Virus record (IMG/VR): IMGVR_UViG_2881096153_000005
Location: 10,147 to 74,146 of that record
Length of the DNA stretch: 64,000 bases
Origin: a virus
Taxonomy: Duplodnaviria > Caudoviricetes
Direction: 5' to 3' (one strand)
The position numbers and the translations under genes were made by a program. Every line of letters starts with the position of its first letter. Position 1 is the first letter of the stretch. Below, piece after piece: positions 44,037 to 55,600 of the stretch. Under the pieces are notes generated by a model, which was given only the letters and a program-made list of their open reading frames with translations, made no database searches and was not told the origin of the DNA.

Positions 44037-45016
44037 TACTGAAAGGCGTACAAGATCTTACGAAATACTTAGGCCGGGCCGTGATGAATGCCACGACCGA
44101 CGAATTCCTTGCCCCCTACATTCAGATGGCGCAGGATGGAGAACTGACGCGTGCGGTAGGAGCTGAGCTCGTGGCCGAAATTGATACGCAGTACAACGCA
44201 GAAAATCTTTCTGACGAAAATGAGGGACTGCTTATATACATGCAGAAGGTAGTTGCCTGGTATGCGTACCTGCACTATCTACCGTTTTCGATCGGTAATG
44301 ACGGTGACAACGGTTTGCAGGAAATGAGCACCGAAAGCACGGCCCCCGTCCGAATTGGCGTGTTGGATAAGCGACTACGGGAAACGGAACGCAATGCCAT
44401 TGAAGCATTGGAAAATCTGCTGGTTTACCTGGAAAGTTTTGATTCCGATACGTACAAAGATTCGCCGACCGCAAAGGCATCCCGTACCATGTTTGTTCCT
44501 TCGGCTACGGCTATGAGTGAATTTCTTCCGCAGATTGACCGGAACTACCGGCTGTACGTGAACATTCGCCCGTATATCGTTTTGGCCGAGTTGGATTATA
44601 TCCTACCGCGTTTGGGACAGGAGCAATACGACCAACTGAAAGAAGCTTTGCTTGAATCAACAGCCACAGATCCTGAAAAAAAACTACTTCGGCTCATTGC
44701 CCGTGCCCTGGCTCATACCGCCTACTGGATGGCGCTGCCTAATCTGCAATTTGCGCTGTTATCGTCTGGTAGCATACGGGTGCTGTCTGATTTTGATGGC
44801 ATCTATAACCGCAAAAATGCTCCGGAACAAACTGTTGCATACCTGATCGAACAGGCCGAAACCGACTCCAAGAAGCATCTGAACGCCCTGGTTAATTTTC
44901 TCCGGAAAAACCTAACCACCTACCCGCTTTATGCGGCAAGTAGTGCCGCTGGCAAGGAACAAACTAACCGGCTGCCAGACAATTCCAAGTACAACAAAGT
45001 TTTCCGGATGAAATGA
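44033..45016 (+). CDS. Head-tail connector-like protein (DUF6712-like, two repeated helical domains)
   Basis: PYIQMAQ...L..AVG.EL and PYIVLAE...I.PRLG.EQY duplication; follows portal. Confidence 0.6.
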   Translation: MILKGVQDLTKYLGRAVMNATTDEFLAPYIQMAQDGELTRAVGAELVAEIDTQYNAENLSDENEGLLIYMQKVVAWYAYLHYLPFSIGNDGDNGLQEMSTESTAPVRIGVLDKRLRETERNAIEALENLLVYLESFDSDTYKDSPTAKASRTMFVPSATAMSEFLPQIDRNYRLYVNIRPYIVLAELDYILPRLGQEQYDQLKEALLESTATDPEKKLLRLIARALAHTAYWMALPNLQFALLSSGSIRVLSDFDGIYNRKNAPEQTVAYLIEQAETDSKKHLNALVNFLRKNLTTYPLYAASSAAGKEQTNRLPDNSKYNKVFRMK

Positions 45017-45017
45017 T

Positions 45018-47003
45018 ATGGACTATCTAGCAACCATTACCCACCAAAAATTAGTACTTGCCCGAAACCCGGTCGTGATTGGCATGGAGCCGGTTGTATT
45101 GGCAGAAGGTCTCAGCCGGGTAGATCTGCTGTACATCTGTGAGCTATTCATGCAGGAAGGCTTTCAGGCTGCCGGGTTCGGCTCCACTTCGGTCCACGAA
45201 GCTAATGAAGAACCTCCTACGGACGATTCTCCTTTTTCTGCCGGTGCCTATTTCGAGATTCAAACCCGTCTCGACGACATGCTTTCGGCAGAGCCGCCGC
45301 CTTTCGATGCCAGCAAAATCCTTGTGTGTGCAGGCAATACCCGTCAGTTTTTTGTACGGAAAAGCCGGTTCAATGGCGACGATCTGCTAGACACCGAAGA
45401 CGAAACCTCCGAGTGGGCGATCAAGGCCGGAATCTCCGAGCGTGATTATGATACCTACGGCGGTCTGTTTTTCACGCGCCACATTGCCGAAGGCCGGCGC
45501 TTCCTGACTTGGCAGCCGAACAATAAGCTTGTCCGGACGGATCAGCCGGAATGGCTTTACTTCCTCACGAACTTTTCACCCGCACCGGAGCAGCTGCATG
45601 TTCGGGTAGATTGCCTTTACGAGGACAGTACCCGTGAAACCTACACGGCCCTGACAATGGAGGATATTTCGTACATGACCGTCTACGGTATTCCGGTTTC
45701 TATGCAGGCACTTGGTTTGCTCGACCGGGAGAAAACCGTGGTACGCTATGACGTGTGGTTATCGAACGAAAACACGGAACGCATTTCCGAAATCCGCAGC
45801 TACCAGGTATGGACCGAATACTTCGAGACCGTCCGGTACTTGCTCTTTCAAAACGGCCTCGGTGGTTACGACACCCTGCCGTTTGTTGGTTTGTCGGTCG
45901 AGAGCATGAAAGTTTCCCGTCAGATCCTGTCACGTTTTGTGGGGCATGATTACCTGCCAACCGTGAGCGAAGAAATAATTAACGAGGTCACCGGCGATCG
46001 GCAGATCACGCTATCAACGGGCAACCGGCTACGAGCTGAGCACCGAACGTATTTTGAGGATATGTTGCTGTCGCAGGAATTCCGGATTGCCGACAACGGC
46101 GAGTGGATTCCGGTTGTGCCGGCTTTCGATACGCTCACCACCGAGAACATTGCCGAATGGCCGATCGACCGGACGCTAACGTTCCGATACACCAACCCTT
46201 TCAGCCGATTTAGCAAGCTTCCCAAAATCGCAAAAGACGATCGGCCTACGGGTTGGCGCGACTGGATCACCTCCTGTGAGCTGGGCGCGAATGGTCTGCG
46301 TACAGGCCGACGTATTGTGAATGCTCTCGTAAAATACTATTTGGATAGTGGCGAAAATGTACGCCCTCTCGTTACTTCGGTTAATGCTCCCGGAGCCGAT
46401 GGATACATTCCGCCCTGGGAAACGGAAGATTGCGATTTGGAAACAACGCCTTTCTTTTCGGAGGAAGTGGTGTATGTATCGCAAAAGAAAAAGTCTGGTT
46501 GTTCGGTTGGATTCATCGGAGGTTCCTGGAATATAACCATTGCAGCCGAAAGTTACGGTTCTGAAATCAGTCAGGCAGATGCAAACGCTAAGGCGCTTGC
46601 TGCCGCATTGGCTATGGATACTCAGGCAAATGCAGATACGAACGCCGTTTGTATTTCTACTACACCTATTCCCCTTTCTTTGGTACAGGTCGTTTCCGGA
46701 CCGGTTAGTTATATCTATTACCCTTCCATCCAGGTACTGGCAAATTCTGTTTCTAAAATACCTGCACGAGACCCCTTTACAGCAAAGGTTTTTGCTGCTA
46801 GTCCGATGGACGCCGGTGTTTATAATATCGACCTGAAACTAACCTACATCATATTTATTTCGCGCCGGCCGGTGATTATCACGATCCCTTCCAAGGGCCT
46901 GACTTCGCCGGTACTGAACAAACCCCAAACCTACCGATTTGCCAACGTAGCCATAAATTGGGAAGATCCTGAAATAGAAATTATCGTAACCGAAGCACCA
47001 TGA
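45018..47003 (+). CDS. Virion structural protein with C-terminal DUF5977-like motif
   Basis: FQNGLGGYDT block; YGSEISQADANAKALA motif. Confidence 0.55.
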   Translation: MDYLATITHQKLVLARNPVVIGMEPVVLAEGLSRVDLLYICELFMQEGFQAAGFGSTSVHEANEEPPTDDSPFSAGAYFEIQTRLDDMLSAEPPPFDASKILVCAGNTRQFFVRKSRFNGDDLLDTEDETSEWAIKAGISERDYDTYGGLFFTRHIAEGRRFLTWQPNNKLVRTDQPEWLYFLTNFSPAPEQLHVRVDCLYEDSTRETYTALTMEDISYMTVYGIPVSMQALGLLDREKTVVRYDVWLSNENTERISEIRSYQVWTEYFETVRYLLFQNGLGGYDTLPFVGLSVESMKVSRQILSRFVGHDYLPTVSEEIINEVTGDRQITLSTGNRLRAEHRTYFEDMLLSQEFRIADNGEWIPVVPAFDTLTTENIAEWPIDRTLTFRYTNPFSRFSKLPKIAKDDRPTGWRDWITSCELGANGLRTGRRIVNALVKYYLDSGENVRPLVTSVNAPGADGYIPPWETEDCDLETTPFFSEEVVYVSQKKKSGCSVGFIGGSWNITIAAESYGSEISQADANAKALAAALAMDTQANADTNAVCISTTPIPLSLVQVVSGPVSYIYYPSIQVLANSVSKIPARDPFTAKVFAASPMDAGVYNIDLKLTYIIFISRRPVIITIPSKGLTSPVLNKPQTYRFANVAINWEDPEIEIIVTEAP

Positions 47004-47818
47004 ACCTGATTCGATACAGAAACAAAACCTACAAAGCGCCTGAGCGCTGGGAAGAATGCTCCCTCGAACAGTGGGGCGCACTCGTTGCCTTTGGCCGGGT
47101 GCCCGCCGAAGACCGAACGCCCGACATGCAGGTACTTGCTGCGCAAATGTGGCTCCAAGTTCCTGCCGACGAATGGGAAAAGTGGCAGCTGGATCTGTTA
47201 CAATGGGAAGCTTTGCAAAAAGCCTTTGATTGGATATGGACACCTCCTACGGCCCGGCCTTGTGAGCATTTCTTACACATGGACGAGAAATATTACGTTT
47301 TTGGCCCCAACTTCGAGGACACCAAGGCGCTGGAACTTAGCCTGGCGCTGATGGACTACGTTGCTTTCTCTGACCCCGACGAACCGGACCTGACCGCCTA
47401 CGAGCGTATATTGGCCACGCTTTGCCGCCCGGAGCGGAAAGATTTGTTTCACTTTCGTGAGTCGGACGAGTGGGACGGTGACCTGCGGGAGCTGTACAAC
47501 GAAGCCCGCACTGCCGACCGCGCAATCGCTCTCAGCTCGCTTAGCGAAATGTCGAAGCTCGCTCTGTTCGATTATTTCGAGCGATCGGCAAAAGCCTTCC
47601 TGACACAATACGAGCAGGTTTTTGGCGGCTCCGGCACACTCGAACCCCGCTACCCGGACGGGCGTGGCTGGATCATGCTACTGAAAAATATCGCGAAGGA
47701 AGGGCACTTCGGAAACTTCGATATGGTCTGCAAACAGCCCGCGCACCTGGTTTGGGCTAGTATGCTCGACGATGTGCTTCACAATCAGGAACTAATTAAC
47801 GACTCTGAAAATGCCTAA
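47000..47818 (+). CDS. Hypothetical tail-region protein (possible assembly chaperone)
   Basis: PERWEECSL.QW N-terminus; position in the tail block. Confidence 0.5.
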   Translation: MNLIRYRNKTYKAPERWEECSLEQWGALVAFGRVPAEDRTPDMQVLAAQMWLQVPADEWEKWQLDLLQWEALQKAFDWIWTPPTARPCEHFLHMDEKYYVFGPNFEDTKALELSLALMDYVAFSDPDEPDLTAYERILATLCRPERKDLFHFRESDEWDGDLRELYNEARTADRAIALSSLSEMSKLALFDYFERSAKAFLTQYEQVFGGSGTLEPRYPDGRGWIMLLKNIAKEGHFGNFDMVCKQPAHLVWASMLDDVLHNQELINDSENA

Positions 47819-48341
47819 TCTACCCGCTCCCTTACATATTACCGACCTGCTCACGCTGAATGACTTTTACGACGCCGTGGCCACGAAGGTCGTTTTTTCT
47901 TCCTATCACCTGGTCTCGTCGGGTGAAGAAGGGGTGCAGGAGGTGCAGCACATTTTTGAAAAGTCTGTTCTTCCCGGCGATATGATCATGACCGCCCAAA
48001 TTGCCGAAACGCCCCTGACCGACAACGATACCGGCCTTACCCGTGCCACCTTTGCCTGCACCCTAATGGTGCTCGAAAAAATGGGAGGTGGTGCCCGCAC
48101 AGCCGCCGTAAAGCTCGCAGTCCGCAACCGCACCTGGCTGAAAATGCTGGCCGTGATTGGCTTCATCCGCAGCTGTGCCGAGTACGCCGCTGCCAATAGC
48201 ACCGCAAGCGACGAGCTCGAAATCTCCCTCCATCAGGACCGCCTATTGCCCATTGGCAGCATTGCCAACGCAACCGTGCAAGGCTGGCTTATCGACATCG
48301 ACGTCACGATTCCAATCAATCACTATTTGTTTCTTGAGTAA
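47811..48341 (+). CDS. Hypothetical protein (possible tail terminator)
   Basis: Size and position only. Confidence 0.45.
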   Translation: MPNLPAPLHITDLLTLNDFYDAVATKVVFSSYHLVSSGEEGVQEVQHIFEKSVLPGDMIMTAQIAETPLTDNDTGLTRATFACTLMVLEKMGGGARTAAVKLAVRNRTWLKMLAVIGFIRSCAEYAAANSTASDELEISLHQDRLLPIGSIANATVQGWLIDIDVTIPINHYLFLE

Positions 48342-48964
48342 TGGCCATTGAAGAAGAAATCCTGCGGAAGTTCGAAAACGAAGTCGTTGAAGTCTGCGAC
48401 CACATTTTCACAGAGGGGGTGCGGCAGATGCGTACCTCGATGGAAAACGCTGGCCTGATCCTGACCGAGGAACTGAAACGCTCCATCTATTCCGAGCGAA
48501 CCTTTGTGGCCGGACAACTGGAAGTACATTTCCGTATGGGCATGCGGGGTTATGGTCGATTTAAGGACATGCGAAAACTTTCCTTCGCCAACTTCCCGAA
48601 GGTCGATGCCCTGGTAGAGTTCGTGGAAGCGGTCGGTGTAGAGAAATTCATCAACAATGAGTCTGTCACGATTAGTGGCAAGGATGTGACACTATTCGTG
48701 CCAGGCTATTACATCAACACGAAACGGCGTGCTGTGCCTACCGCTGAGCGTGCCAAAACCCGCATTGCCTACGCGATCGGGCGCAGCATGCAGCAAATGA
48801 ATACCCTGAAACGCTCGAAAAACCCTTTCTATAATCTGAATAAGGCCGATATCTACAATGATATTGCGAAATATCTGATGGAGAAACTGCCTCCTGAAAT
48901 GATGCAGGCCTTGAAAGACTACTACGAAAAACCATTTTATGAGAAAGATGAATGGTGGGGCTGA
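48341..48964 (+). CDS. Hypothetical neck/tail-completion-like protein
   Basis: TEELKRSI and YGRF.DM pattern reminiscent of HK97 gp10-like proteins. Confidence 0.45.
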   Translation: MAIEEEILRKFENEVVEVCDHIFTEGVRQMRTSMENAGLILTEELKRSIYSERTFVAGQLEVHFRMGMRGYGRFKDMRKLSFANFPKVDALVEFVEAVGVEKFINNESVTISGKDVTLFVPGYYINTKRRAVPTAERAKTRIAYAIGRSMQQMNTLKRSKNPFYNLNKADIYNDIAKYLMEKLPPEMMQALKDYYEKPFYEKDEWWG

Positions 48965-49066
48965 GTAATTGAAAGATACGGTAGGCTTTAATTCACGATC
49001 ATGACCTATATTGCAGTTCATCTGTAATAGTAGCATTAATCTTAAAATTTTCGAGTTCACCAGACC

Positions 49067-50206
49067 ATGGCTAACATCAATTTAAGCAAAGCAAAAAATG
49101 CAAAAAACGACGAGTTCTACACACAATACCACGACATCGAAAAAGAAATCAACGCCTATCTTGATTTCGACCCCGATGTCTTTCGTGGCAAAACCATCCT
49201 ACTGCCCTGCGACGATCCGGAATGGAGCAACTTCACCAAGTTCTTTGCCCAAAACTTCGAGCGCTTTGGCATAAAGAAACTCATCAGTACCAGCTACGCC
49301 GTTGAAAGCAGGCATTACAAAACAGGGTATCAAATCACGATGTTTGAGCAAAACGCCCCTCAATACGACAAAACCAAAGCCACAAAAAACGGAAAGATAT
49401 TCACCCTTACCCGTGACCAATCAGGTGATAGTAAAGTGGATGTAAATGATCTGGTATGGCAATACCTGGATGGCGACGGCGATTTCAATAGTGAGGAGGT
49501 TAAGAAACTCCGCGATGAAGCCGATATCATCATTACCAATCCTCCCTTTTCTCTCTTTCGCGATTTTTTATCCTGGATTGTTAGGGCTGGAAAGCAGTTT
49601 GTGATTATCGGCAATATGAATGCCATTACCTACAAGGAAGTCTTTCCGCTGATTAAAAAGAATAAGATGTGGCTTGGTGCAACCGGTAATGGTAATGATA
49701 TGGTTTTTGCAGTTCCAAAAGGGACAGAGGTTGATGAGAAGGATAAACAAAAGGCTGCTCGCTTGGGCTATGTAGGTGATTATACAAGACTTGGAAATTC
49801 CTGCTGGTTTACAACAATTGATCACGGCAGGCGTCACCAGCCGTTGCAACTAATGACCATGGCAGATAACCTGAGGTTTAACAAGAAGTTAAAGGGAAAA
49901 GAAAAGTATGATCAGTACGACAACTACGATGCTATTGATGTACCCTTTACAGACGCTATTCCAAATGACTTTGATGGAGTAATGGGTGTGCCGATAAGTT
50001 TCCTGGATAAATATTCCCCTGAGCAGTTTGAAATTGTAGGAATTACAGATAGAGAAGCTGACAATGCTTTTAGAACTAAGATTTATACTCGTAAGGATAG
50101 CTCAAAATTTAGTGATTTAAACAGACGGGCTACCATAAAAACTAACGATGAAATTGTACCTGTATACGCACGCCTTTTAATCAAGAGTAAAAAGTTAACA
50201 GAATAA
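49067..50206 (+). CDS. Adenine-specific DNA methyltransferase, EcoRI_methylase family (copy 1)
   Basis: [55 protein letters not shown]. Confidence 0.9.
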   Translation: MANINLSKAKNAKNDEFYTQYHDIEKEINAYLDFDPDVFRGKTILLPCDDPEWSNFTKFFAQNFERFGIKKLISTSYAVESRHYKTGYQITMFEQNAPQYDKTKATKNGKIFTLTRDQSGDSKVDVNDLVWQYLDGDGDFNSEEVKKLRDEADIIITNPPFSLFRDFLSWIVRAGKQFVIIGNMNAITYKEVFPLIKKNKMWLGATGNGNDMVFAVPKGTEVDEKDKQKAARLGYVGDYTRLGNSCWFTTIDHGRRHQPLQLMTMADNLRFNKKLKGKEKYDQYDNYDAIDVPFTDAIPNDFDGVMGVPISFLDKYSPEQFEIVGITDREADNAFRTKIYTRKDSSKFSDLNRRATIKTNDEIVPVYARLLIKSKKLTE

Positions 50207-50207
50207 A

Positions 50208-50240
50208 ATGAAAACCACCCTCAAAACCGATATCACCATA
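50208..50240 (+). pseudogene. Stub of the DUF262-HNH nuclease 5' end ([10 protein letters not shown])
   Basis: Ten codons match the start of 51432-52595, then the sequence switches to the duplicated leader. Confidence 0.85.
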
Positions 50241-50319
50241 TTTAATTCACGATCATGCCTATATTGCAGTTCATCTGTAATAGTAGCATTAATCTTAAAA
50301 TTTTCGAGTTCACCAGACC

Positions 50320-51435
50320 ATGGCTAACATCAATTTAAGCAAAGCAAAAAATGCAAAAAACGACGAGTTCTACACACAATACCACGACATCGAAAAAGAA
50401 ATCAACGCCTATCTTGATTTCGACCCTGATGTCTTCCGTGGCAAAACCATCCTACTGCCTTGCGACGACCCCGAATGGAGCAACTTCACCAAGTTCTTTG
50501 CCCAAAACTTCGAGAGTATTGGCTTAAAGAAACTCATCAGTACCAGCTACGCCGTTGAAAGCAAGCATTACAAAACAGGCTATCAGGTTACCATGTTCGA
50601 AGAAAGCGCTCCGCAATTTGACAAAAGCAAGACTACCAAAAATGGTAAGATTTTTTCTCTTACTCATGATCTATTGGGTGATGGAAAAATTGATGTGAAT
50701 GATCTGGAATGGCAGTATTTGAAAGGCGACGGCGATTTCAATAGTAAGGAGGTCAAAAAACTGCGCGATGAAGCCGATTTTATCATTACCAATCCACCTT
50801 TCTCTCTATTTCGAGATTTTTTATCCTGGATTGTAGAAGGTGATAAACAATTCGTAATTATTGGGAATATGAATGCCATTAAGTACAAAGAGGTATTTCC
50901 GCTAATAATGGAGAATAAAATGTGGCTTGGAAACGGGTTTCAAGCGGGTAATGCTTTCTTTTCCACACCATTTGCAGAAGAATACGGTGAGGGCGTTTAT
51001 AATCAAGAAACCGGATTAGTAAAATTCAGAAATGTTTGTTGGTTCACTAACCTTGATCATGGCAGGCGCCATCAGCCTATGCAGTTAATGACATTAGCGG
51101 ATAACCTGAGATTTAATAAGAAGGTTAAAAATAGTAGCGATGTCTATGAGCGTTACGAGAATTATGATGCTATTGAAGTTCCATTTACTGACGCCATACC
51201 AAGTGATTACACTGGTTTAATGGGAGTTCCAATTAGTTTTCTGGATAAATATTCTCCTGAACAATTTGAAATAGTTTGGCAAGCAAGTGGTAACACCCGA
51301 GCGTCAGCTCCAAAAAAAGTTTTACAACAACTCGGGTATATTGTTCACCCGGATGATAGAGGGGGATGCTCCATCGTCAATGGTAGAAGGACTTATGACA
51401 GGATCTTCATTAGACATAAAATTGCAAATAAATGA
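50320..51435 (+). CDS. Adenine-specific DNA methyltransferase, EcoRI_methylase family (copy 2)
   Basis: Same motifs as copy 1; differs in the segments after KMWLG and at the C-terminus. Confidence 0.9.
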   Translation: MANINLSKAKNAKNDEFYTQYHDIEKEINAYLDFDPDVFRGKTILLPCDDPEWSNFTKFFAQNFESIGLKKLISTSYAVESKHYKTGYQVTMFEESAPQFDKSKTTKNGKIFSLTHDLLGDGKIDVNDLEWQYLKGDGDFNSKEVKKLRDEADFIITNPPFSLFRDFLSWIVEGDKQFVIIGNMNAIKYKEVFPLIMENKMWLGNGFQAGNAFFSTPFAEEYGEGVYNQETGLVKFRNVCWFTNLDHGRRHQPMQLMTLADNLRFNKKVKNSSDVYERYENYDAIEVPFTDAIPSDYTGLMGVPISFLDKYSPEQFEIVWQASGNTRASAPKKVLQQLGYIVHPDDRGGCSIVNGRRTYDRIFIRHKIANK

Positions 51436-52595
51436 AAACCACCCTCAAAACTGATATCACTGTTAAAGAAATCTGCGAAGGCTTTGTCTACAACGAATTG
51501 GAAGGCAAGGGCCTTTTTGGACTATCCGGCAAGCTCACCATCCAGCCCGAATACCAGCGCAACTACATCTATGCTGATGGCAAAAGGGATGTAGCCGTGA
51601 TCCAATCCATTCTCAAAGGCTACCCTTTGGGGTTGATCTACTTCAACAAAATTGATGATGAAAATCTTGAAGTACTCGATGGGCAACAGCGTATTACCAG
51701 TATCGGCCGGTATGTTACCAATAAATTTGCGGTAAAGGATGAACACGGCATGGAGCAGTATTTTAGCAGTATCGCCGCCGAGAAGCGCCAGAAGATACTT
51801 GACGCCAAACTACTAATCTACGAGTGTGAAGGAGAAGAATTTGAGATAAAGGAATGGTTTCGCACCATCAACATTGCTGGCGTTCCGCTGAACGAACAGG
51901 AGCTGAACAACGCGGTTTTTTCTGGCCCCTTTGTGACACTTTGCAAAGAGGAGTTCAGTAATTCACAAAACGCCATGAACCAAAAACGTGCGGCCTACAT
52001 CAAGGGCACTGTCAATCGGCAAGACTATCTGGAATGTGCTCTTAACTGGGTAAGCAAAGGCAATATTGTAGATTACATGAGTCGTCATCGCTTTGACAAT
52101 GATATCAGGGAGTTGAAAAATTATTTCAACAGTGTAATTGATTGGGCTTCCACATTATTTATTGACGTAGAACGGGAAATGTGCGGGTTGGAGTGGGGCC
52201 GGTTATACGAAACCTACCACAAAAAAGCCTATGACCCCAAAAAGGTTTCTGCCGAAGTAAAAAAGCTTTATGGAGATCCATCGGTCAAAAGCCGTAAAGG
52301 AGTTTTTGAATATATCCTTGGTGGCTCGATTGATGCAAAATTACTTGACATTCGAATCTTTGAAGATTCGACAAAAAAAGCTGTCTACGCTCAGCAGAAA
52401 GCCAAAGCTGAAAAGAATGGCGTTTCCAACTGCCCCCTTTGCGCCATTGGCCATGATGCCAACAAGACCAAGATTTGGAGCTTGGGCGATATGGATGCCG
52501 ACCACGTGACCGCATGGAGCAAAGGTGGTTCTACTGATGCAAAAAACTGTGAAATGCTGTGTAAAACTCATAACCGGGCAAAAGGCAACAGATAA
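51432..52595 (+). CDS. DUF262 (GmrS/ParB-like) plus HNH endonuclease
   Basis: [27 protein letters not shown], and C-terminal CPLC...DADH...WSKGG.T...NCEMLC..HN..KG. Confidence 0.9.
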   Translation: MKTTLKTDITVKEICEGFVYNELEGKGLFGLSGKLTIQPEYQRNYIYADGKRDVAVIQSILKGYPLGLIYFNKIDDENLEVLDGQQRITSIGRYVTNKFAVKDEHGMEQYFSSIAAEKRQKILDAKLLIYECEGEEFEIKEWFRTINIAGVPLNEQELNNAVFSGPFVTLCKEEFSNSQNAMNQKRAAYIKGTVNRQDYLECALNWVSKGNIVDYMSRHRFDNDIRELKNYFNSVIDWASTLFIDVEREMCGLEWGRLYETYHKKAYDPKKVSAEVKKLYGDPSVKSRKGVFEYILGGSIDAKLLDIRIFEDSTKKAVYAQQKAKAEKNGVSNCPLCAIGHDANKTKIWSLGDMDADHVTAWSKGGSTDAKNCEMLCKTHNRAKGNR

Positions 52596-52610
52596 GCCAC
52601 CATTTTTCTC

Positions 52611-52668
52611 GTCCTACTCCATACAAAAGGTACGCTGCAACTTAGTAGCGTACCTTTTTCTGTATAAG
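52611..52668 (+). promoter_or_regulatory. Late-promoter-like motif plus inverted repeat before tape measure B
   Basis: GTCCTAC at 52611; AACTTAGTA at 52639, lying within the inverted repeat AAAAGGTACGCT...AGCGTACCTTTT (52625-52658). Confidence 0.5.
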
Positions 52669-55600
52669 ATGCAACAAGTTGAAAACTCGGTCTGGAATCT
52701 CGACATAAACGGGAAACCCGCCCTGAACGCACTCGGTGAACTCGAAAAGAAGCTCTACGAAACCAAGGAAGCCCAAAAGGAGCTAACCCGTGGTACCAAA
52801 GAATGGGCTGAATCGAAACAAGACATTAAGGCTCTCGAAGAAGAAATCAAGCAGGTCCGGGAGACGATGGGTCAGGCAGGCATGACCGTCCGACAATTGG
52901 AAGGCTATGCCCGACAGCTGGGCAAGGAAATTAAGGACCTTACGCCAGGTACCGACGACTACATCAAAAAAACCGAGGAGCTCCAACAGGTCAATACCCG
53001 ACTCGCATCGGTTAGAAGTGACGTCCGGGCCGTGGCCGAAGAAGGCGAGAAAACCCAGGGCACCTGGGGCCGGATTAAGGAGTGGATCATTGGGGCGTTC
53101 GTGGTAACTGCTATTTACGAAGCCGGCCAAATGATCATGCGGTTTGTGGGTGAAGCCGTCGAGAATTTCACGAAGTACGACGCTGCCGCCAAAGAACTTT
53201 CTGCCAATACGAATATAATCGGCTCGGAACTTGAACTCCTGAAAACCAAGGCCAAAGAGTTGGGCCCGGAGGTAGGCAAAACCGCCGACGAAATGTTGGC
53301 CGCGTACCAGATGATGGGCTCCGCAAAATCGGACCTGACCGAAAACGCCGAAGCGCTGGCAGCTGTCACTAAAGAAGCCATTATCCTGAGTCAGGCCGGT
53401 AAGATCGAGCTCGCGCCGGCTACGGAACTGATGGCCGGAGCACTCAACCAATTCAACGCGCCGGCCTCGGATGCCGGTCGATTCATCAATGCCATCGCCG
53501 CAGGTGCGCAGGTTGGTTCTGCCGAAATTGTCGATATGACCGGAGCGCTTAAAGCCTCCGGTACCGTAGCCAATGCGGCGAATGTCTCTTTCGAGGAAAC
53601 AAACGGTGCCCTGCAATCGCTCTCGACCATAAACATTAAAGGAGAGCAGGCCGGTACCATGTTCCGGAACATGCTTATCAAATTGATGTCATCGACCGAG
53701 GACCTGAACCCCCAGGTGGTGGGTTTGGAAAAATCGCTGGATAACCTGGCTGCCCAAAACTTAACTACCGCCGAGCTGGCAAAGATGTTCGGCACCGAAA
53801 ACGTGGTGGCCGCTCAACACCTGATGACGCACCGGGGGCAGGTCGTAGAATTTACCGAAGCGCTCACCGGTACTGACGCCGCCTACAAAATGGCCGCTGT
53901 CAACAACGAAACGCTTGAATTTAAGCAAAAGCAACTGGACGTAGCTTTCGGAAACAGCGCCTTGAAACTAGGCGAGATCCTTGCTCCTGCCCTGAATCTG
54001 TTTTACGATACCATGCTGGAAACAGGAATTCCGGCACTGGAAGCCGTGATTCAGGCCGTGGTGGCATTCGGGAAGGCGCTTATTGCCATTCCTGAATTCA
54101 TTTCCGAAAACCGGGCTGCCTTCATTGCCCTGGGCGTTGCCCTGGTATCGCTCAATACCGCCAACATAGCAGCAGCCGCATCGACGATCGCCCTCGCAGC
54201 CGCCGAAAAAGGCCGGTTGATCTGGACCGAAGCGGGCACTGTGGCGCAATGGGCATTGAATACCGCCATGAGCGCCAACCCGATCGGCGCAGTGGTGGCC
54301 GCCGTAGCCTTACTGGTTGGTGGTTTTATTACCCTATACAATAACTCGGAAACCGTTCGTGGTGTAATTACCGGCGTATGGGAAGCGCTCAAAACCGGGA
54401 TTCAGGTCATTGTGGATGTTGCTCAGGCAGTAGGCAAAGGATTCAGCGAATTGCTCGACAAGCTGCCGTTTGTGTCGGCAGGCTTTACGCTCGTTGGTGA
54501 AATTGGGAAACTCGTTTTCAATGGACTAATCGAATTGTTGGGATGGGTCGGTGAAAAAGTCGTAGCAGCAACCGAATTTTTCGGCGGATTGTACACACGA
54601 GTTTCCAGCGTAGGGCAATCCATTGGCCAGGCCATGCAACCGGCCTTCGATTTCATCACGGGCGGGTTTGGCATCGTGAAGCAATCCATCAATAACTTTT
54701 TCGACTGGATCCAGACGAACGTTTCCAAAGTTACGAGCTTTCTGAAATCCATCACGCCTGACGGCTTCATCGAAGCGGGCAAGGTTTTTAGCGATGCAGG
54801 AAAGAAAATTTCCAAGTCCTTTCAGGATGCGTTTGTGTCGGAGCAGGTCGAAGGACAGAAAAAGCAGACCACTCTCAACACGCAAAAACACGCCGAAGAC
54901 GCCGCCAGGGTGAAGAAAGCTGCCGAAGATGAATCTAAAACGCAGACCGGCGAAAACCTGAAAGCGATCAACTCCAAGGCGGCAGACAATGCCAAAATGC
55001 GTGCGGAAGACATCGCCCGGGCCAAAGCCGCTGCCGAGAAAGCAGCTGCCGAAAAGACCGCTGCCAACGCTACCGCCAACAAGGCCATTGAGCAGATGCT
55101 TATTGCCGCCATTACCGACGAAACCGCGCGCAAAAAAGCCCAGTTGGCTTTCGAACTAAACGAAAAGCTGGCGGCCAATGCCAAATCCAAGGCCGACGAC
55201 CTCACGAAAGTAAACTACGAAATTGCCCTGCGCGCAAAGTTCAAGGCCGATACAGAAAAGCTTGAAGAAGATGCCCGCACCAAAAAGGCACTCGAAGAGC
55301 AGAAGAAGCTGACCGAAATGGCGAAGCTCGAAGAGCAGCTGCGCACCGAGCGGCTCACGCGCGAATATGCCACTACGAAGGCCGTGCTGGAATATGCCCT
55401 GACCAACGAAAAATTAACAATACTTGATCGGCAGAAGCTAAAACTGGACCTGATCGAACTCGAAAGGCAGCATACGTTCGACCGCATTGATCAGACCGCC
55501 GCCAAGGAGCGGGCAAAGGCCATCGAAACGAGCACGCAGCTGATGAAGCTTGCGGGCGATGACGATGTAAAAAAACGGCAGATTGCCGCCGATCTCGATG

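Larger units (their letters stand above)
48987..50240 (+). repeat. First unit of a ~1.25-kb tandem duplication (leader + methyltransferase + first 29 nt of the nuclease gene)
   Basis: TTTAATTCACGATCATG...CAGACCATGGCTAAC recurs at 50241. ATGAAAACCACCCTCAAAACCGATATCAC at 50208-50236 matches the nuclease start at 51432 with one mismatch. Confidence 0.92.

Noticed and set aside
52525-52668. ORF-track N-terminal extensions (also 14777, 18096, 35183, 39787, 40241, 61413)
   Set aside because: They overlap upstream genes or regulatory motifs. Paralogue alignment and start-context motifs favour the downstream ATGs used here.
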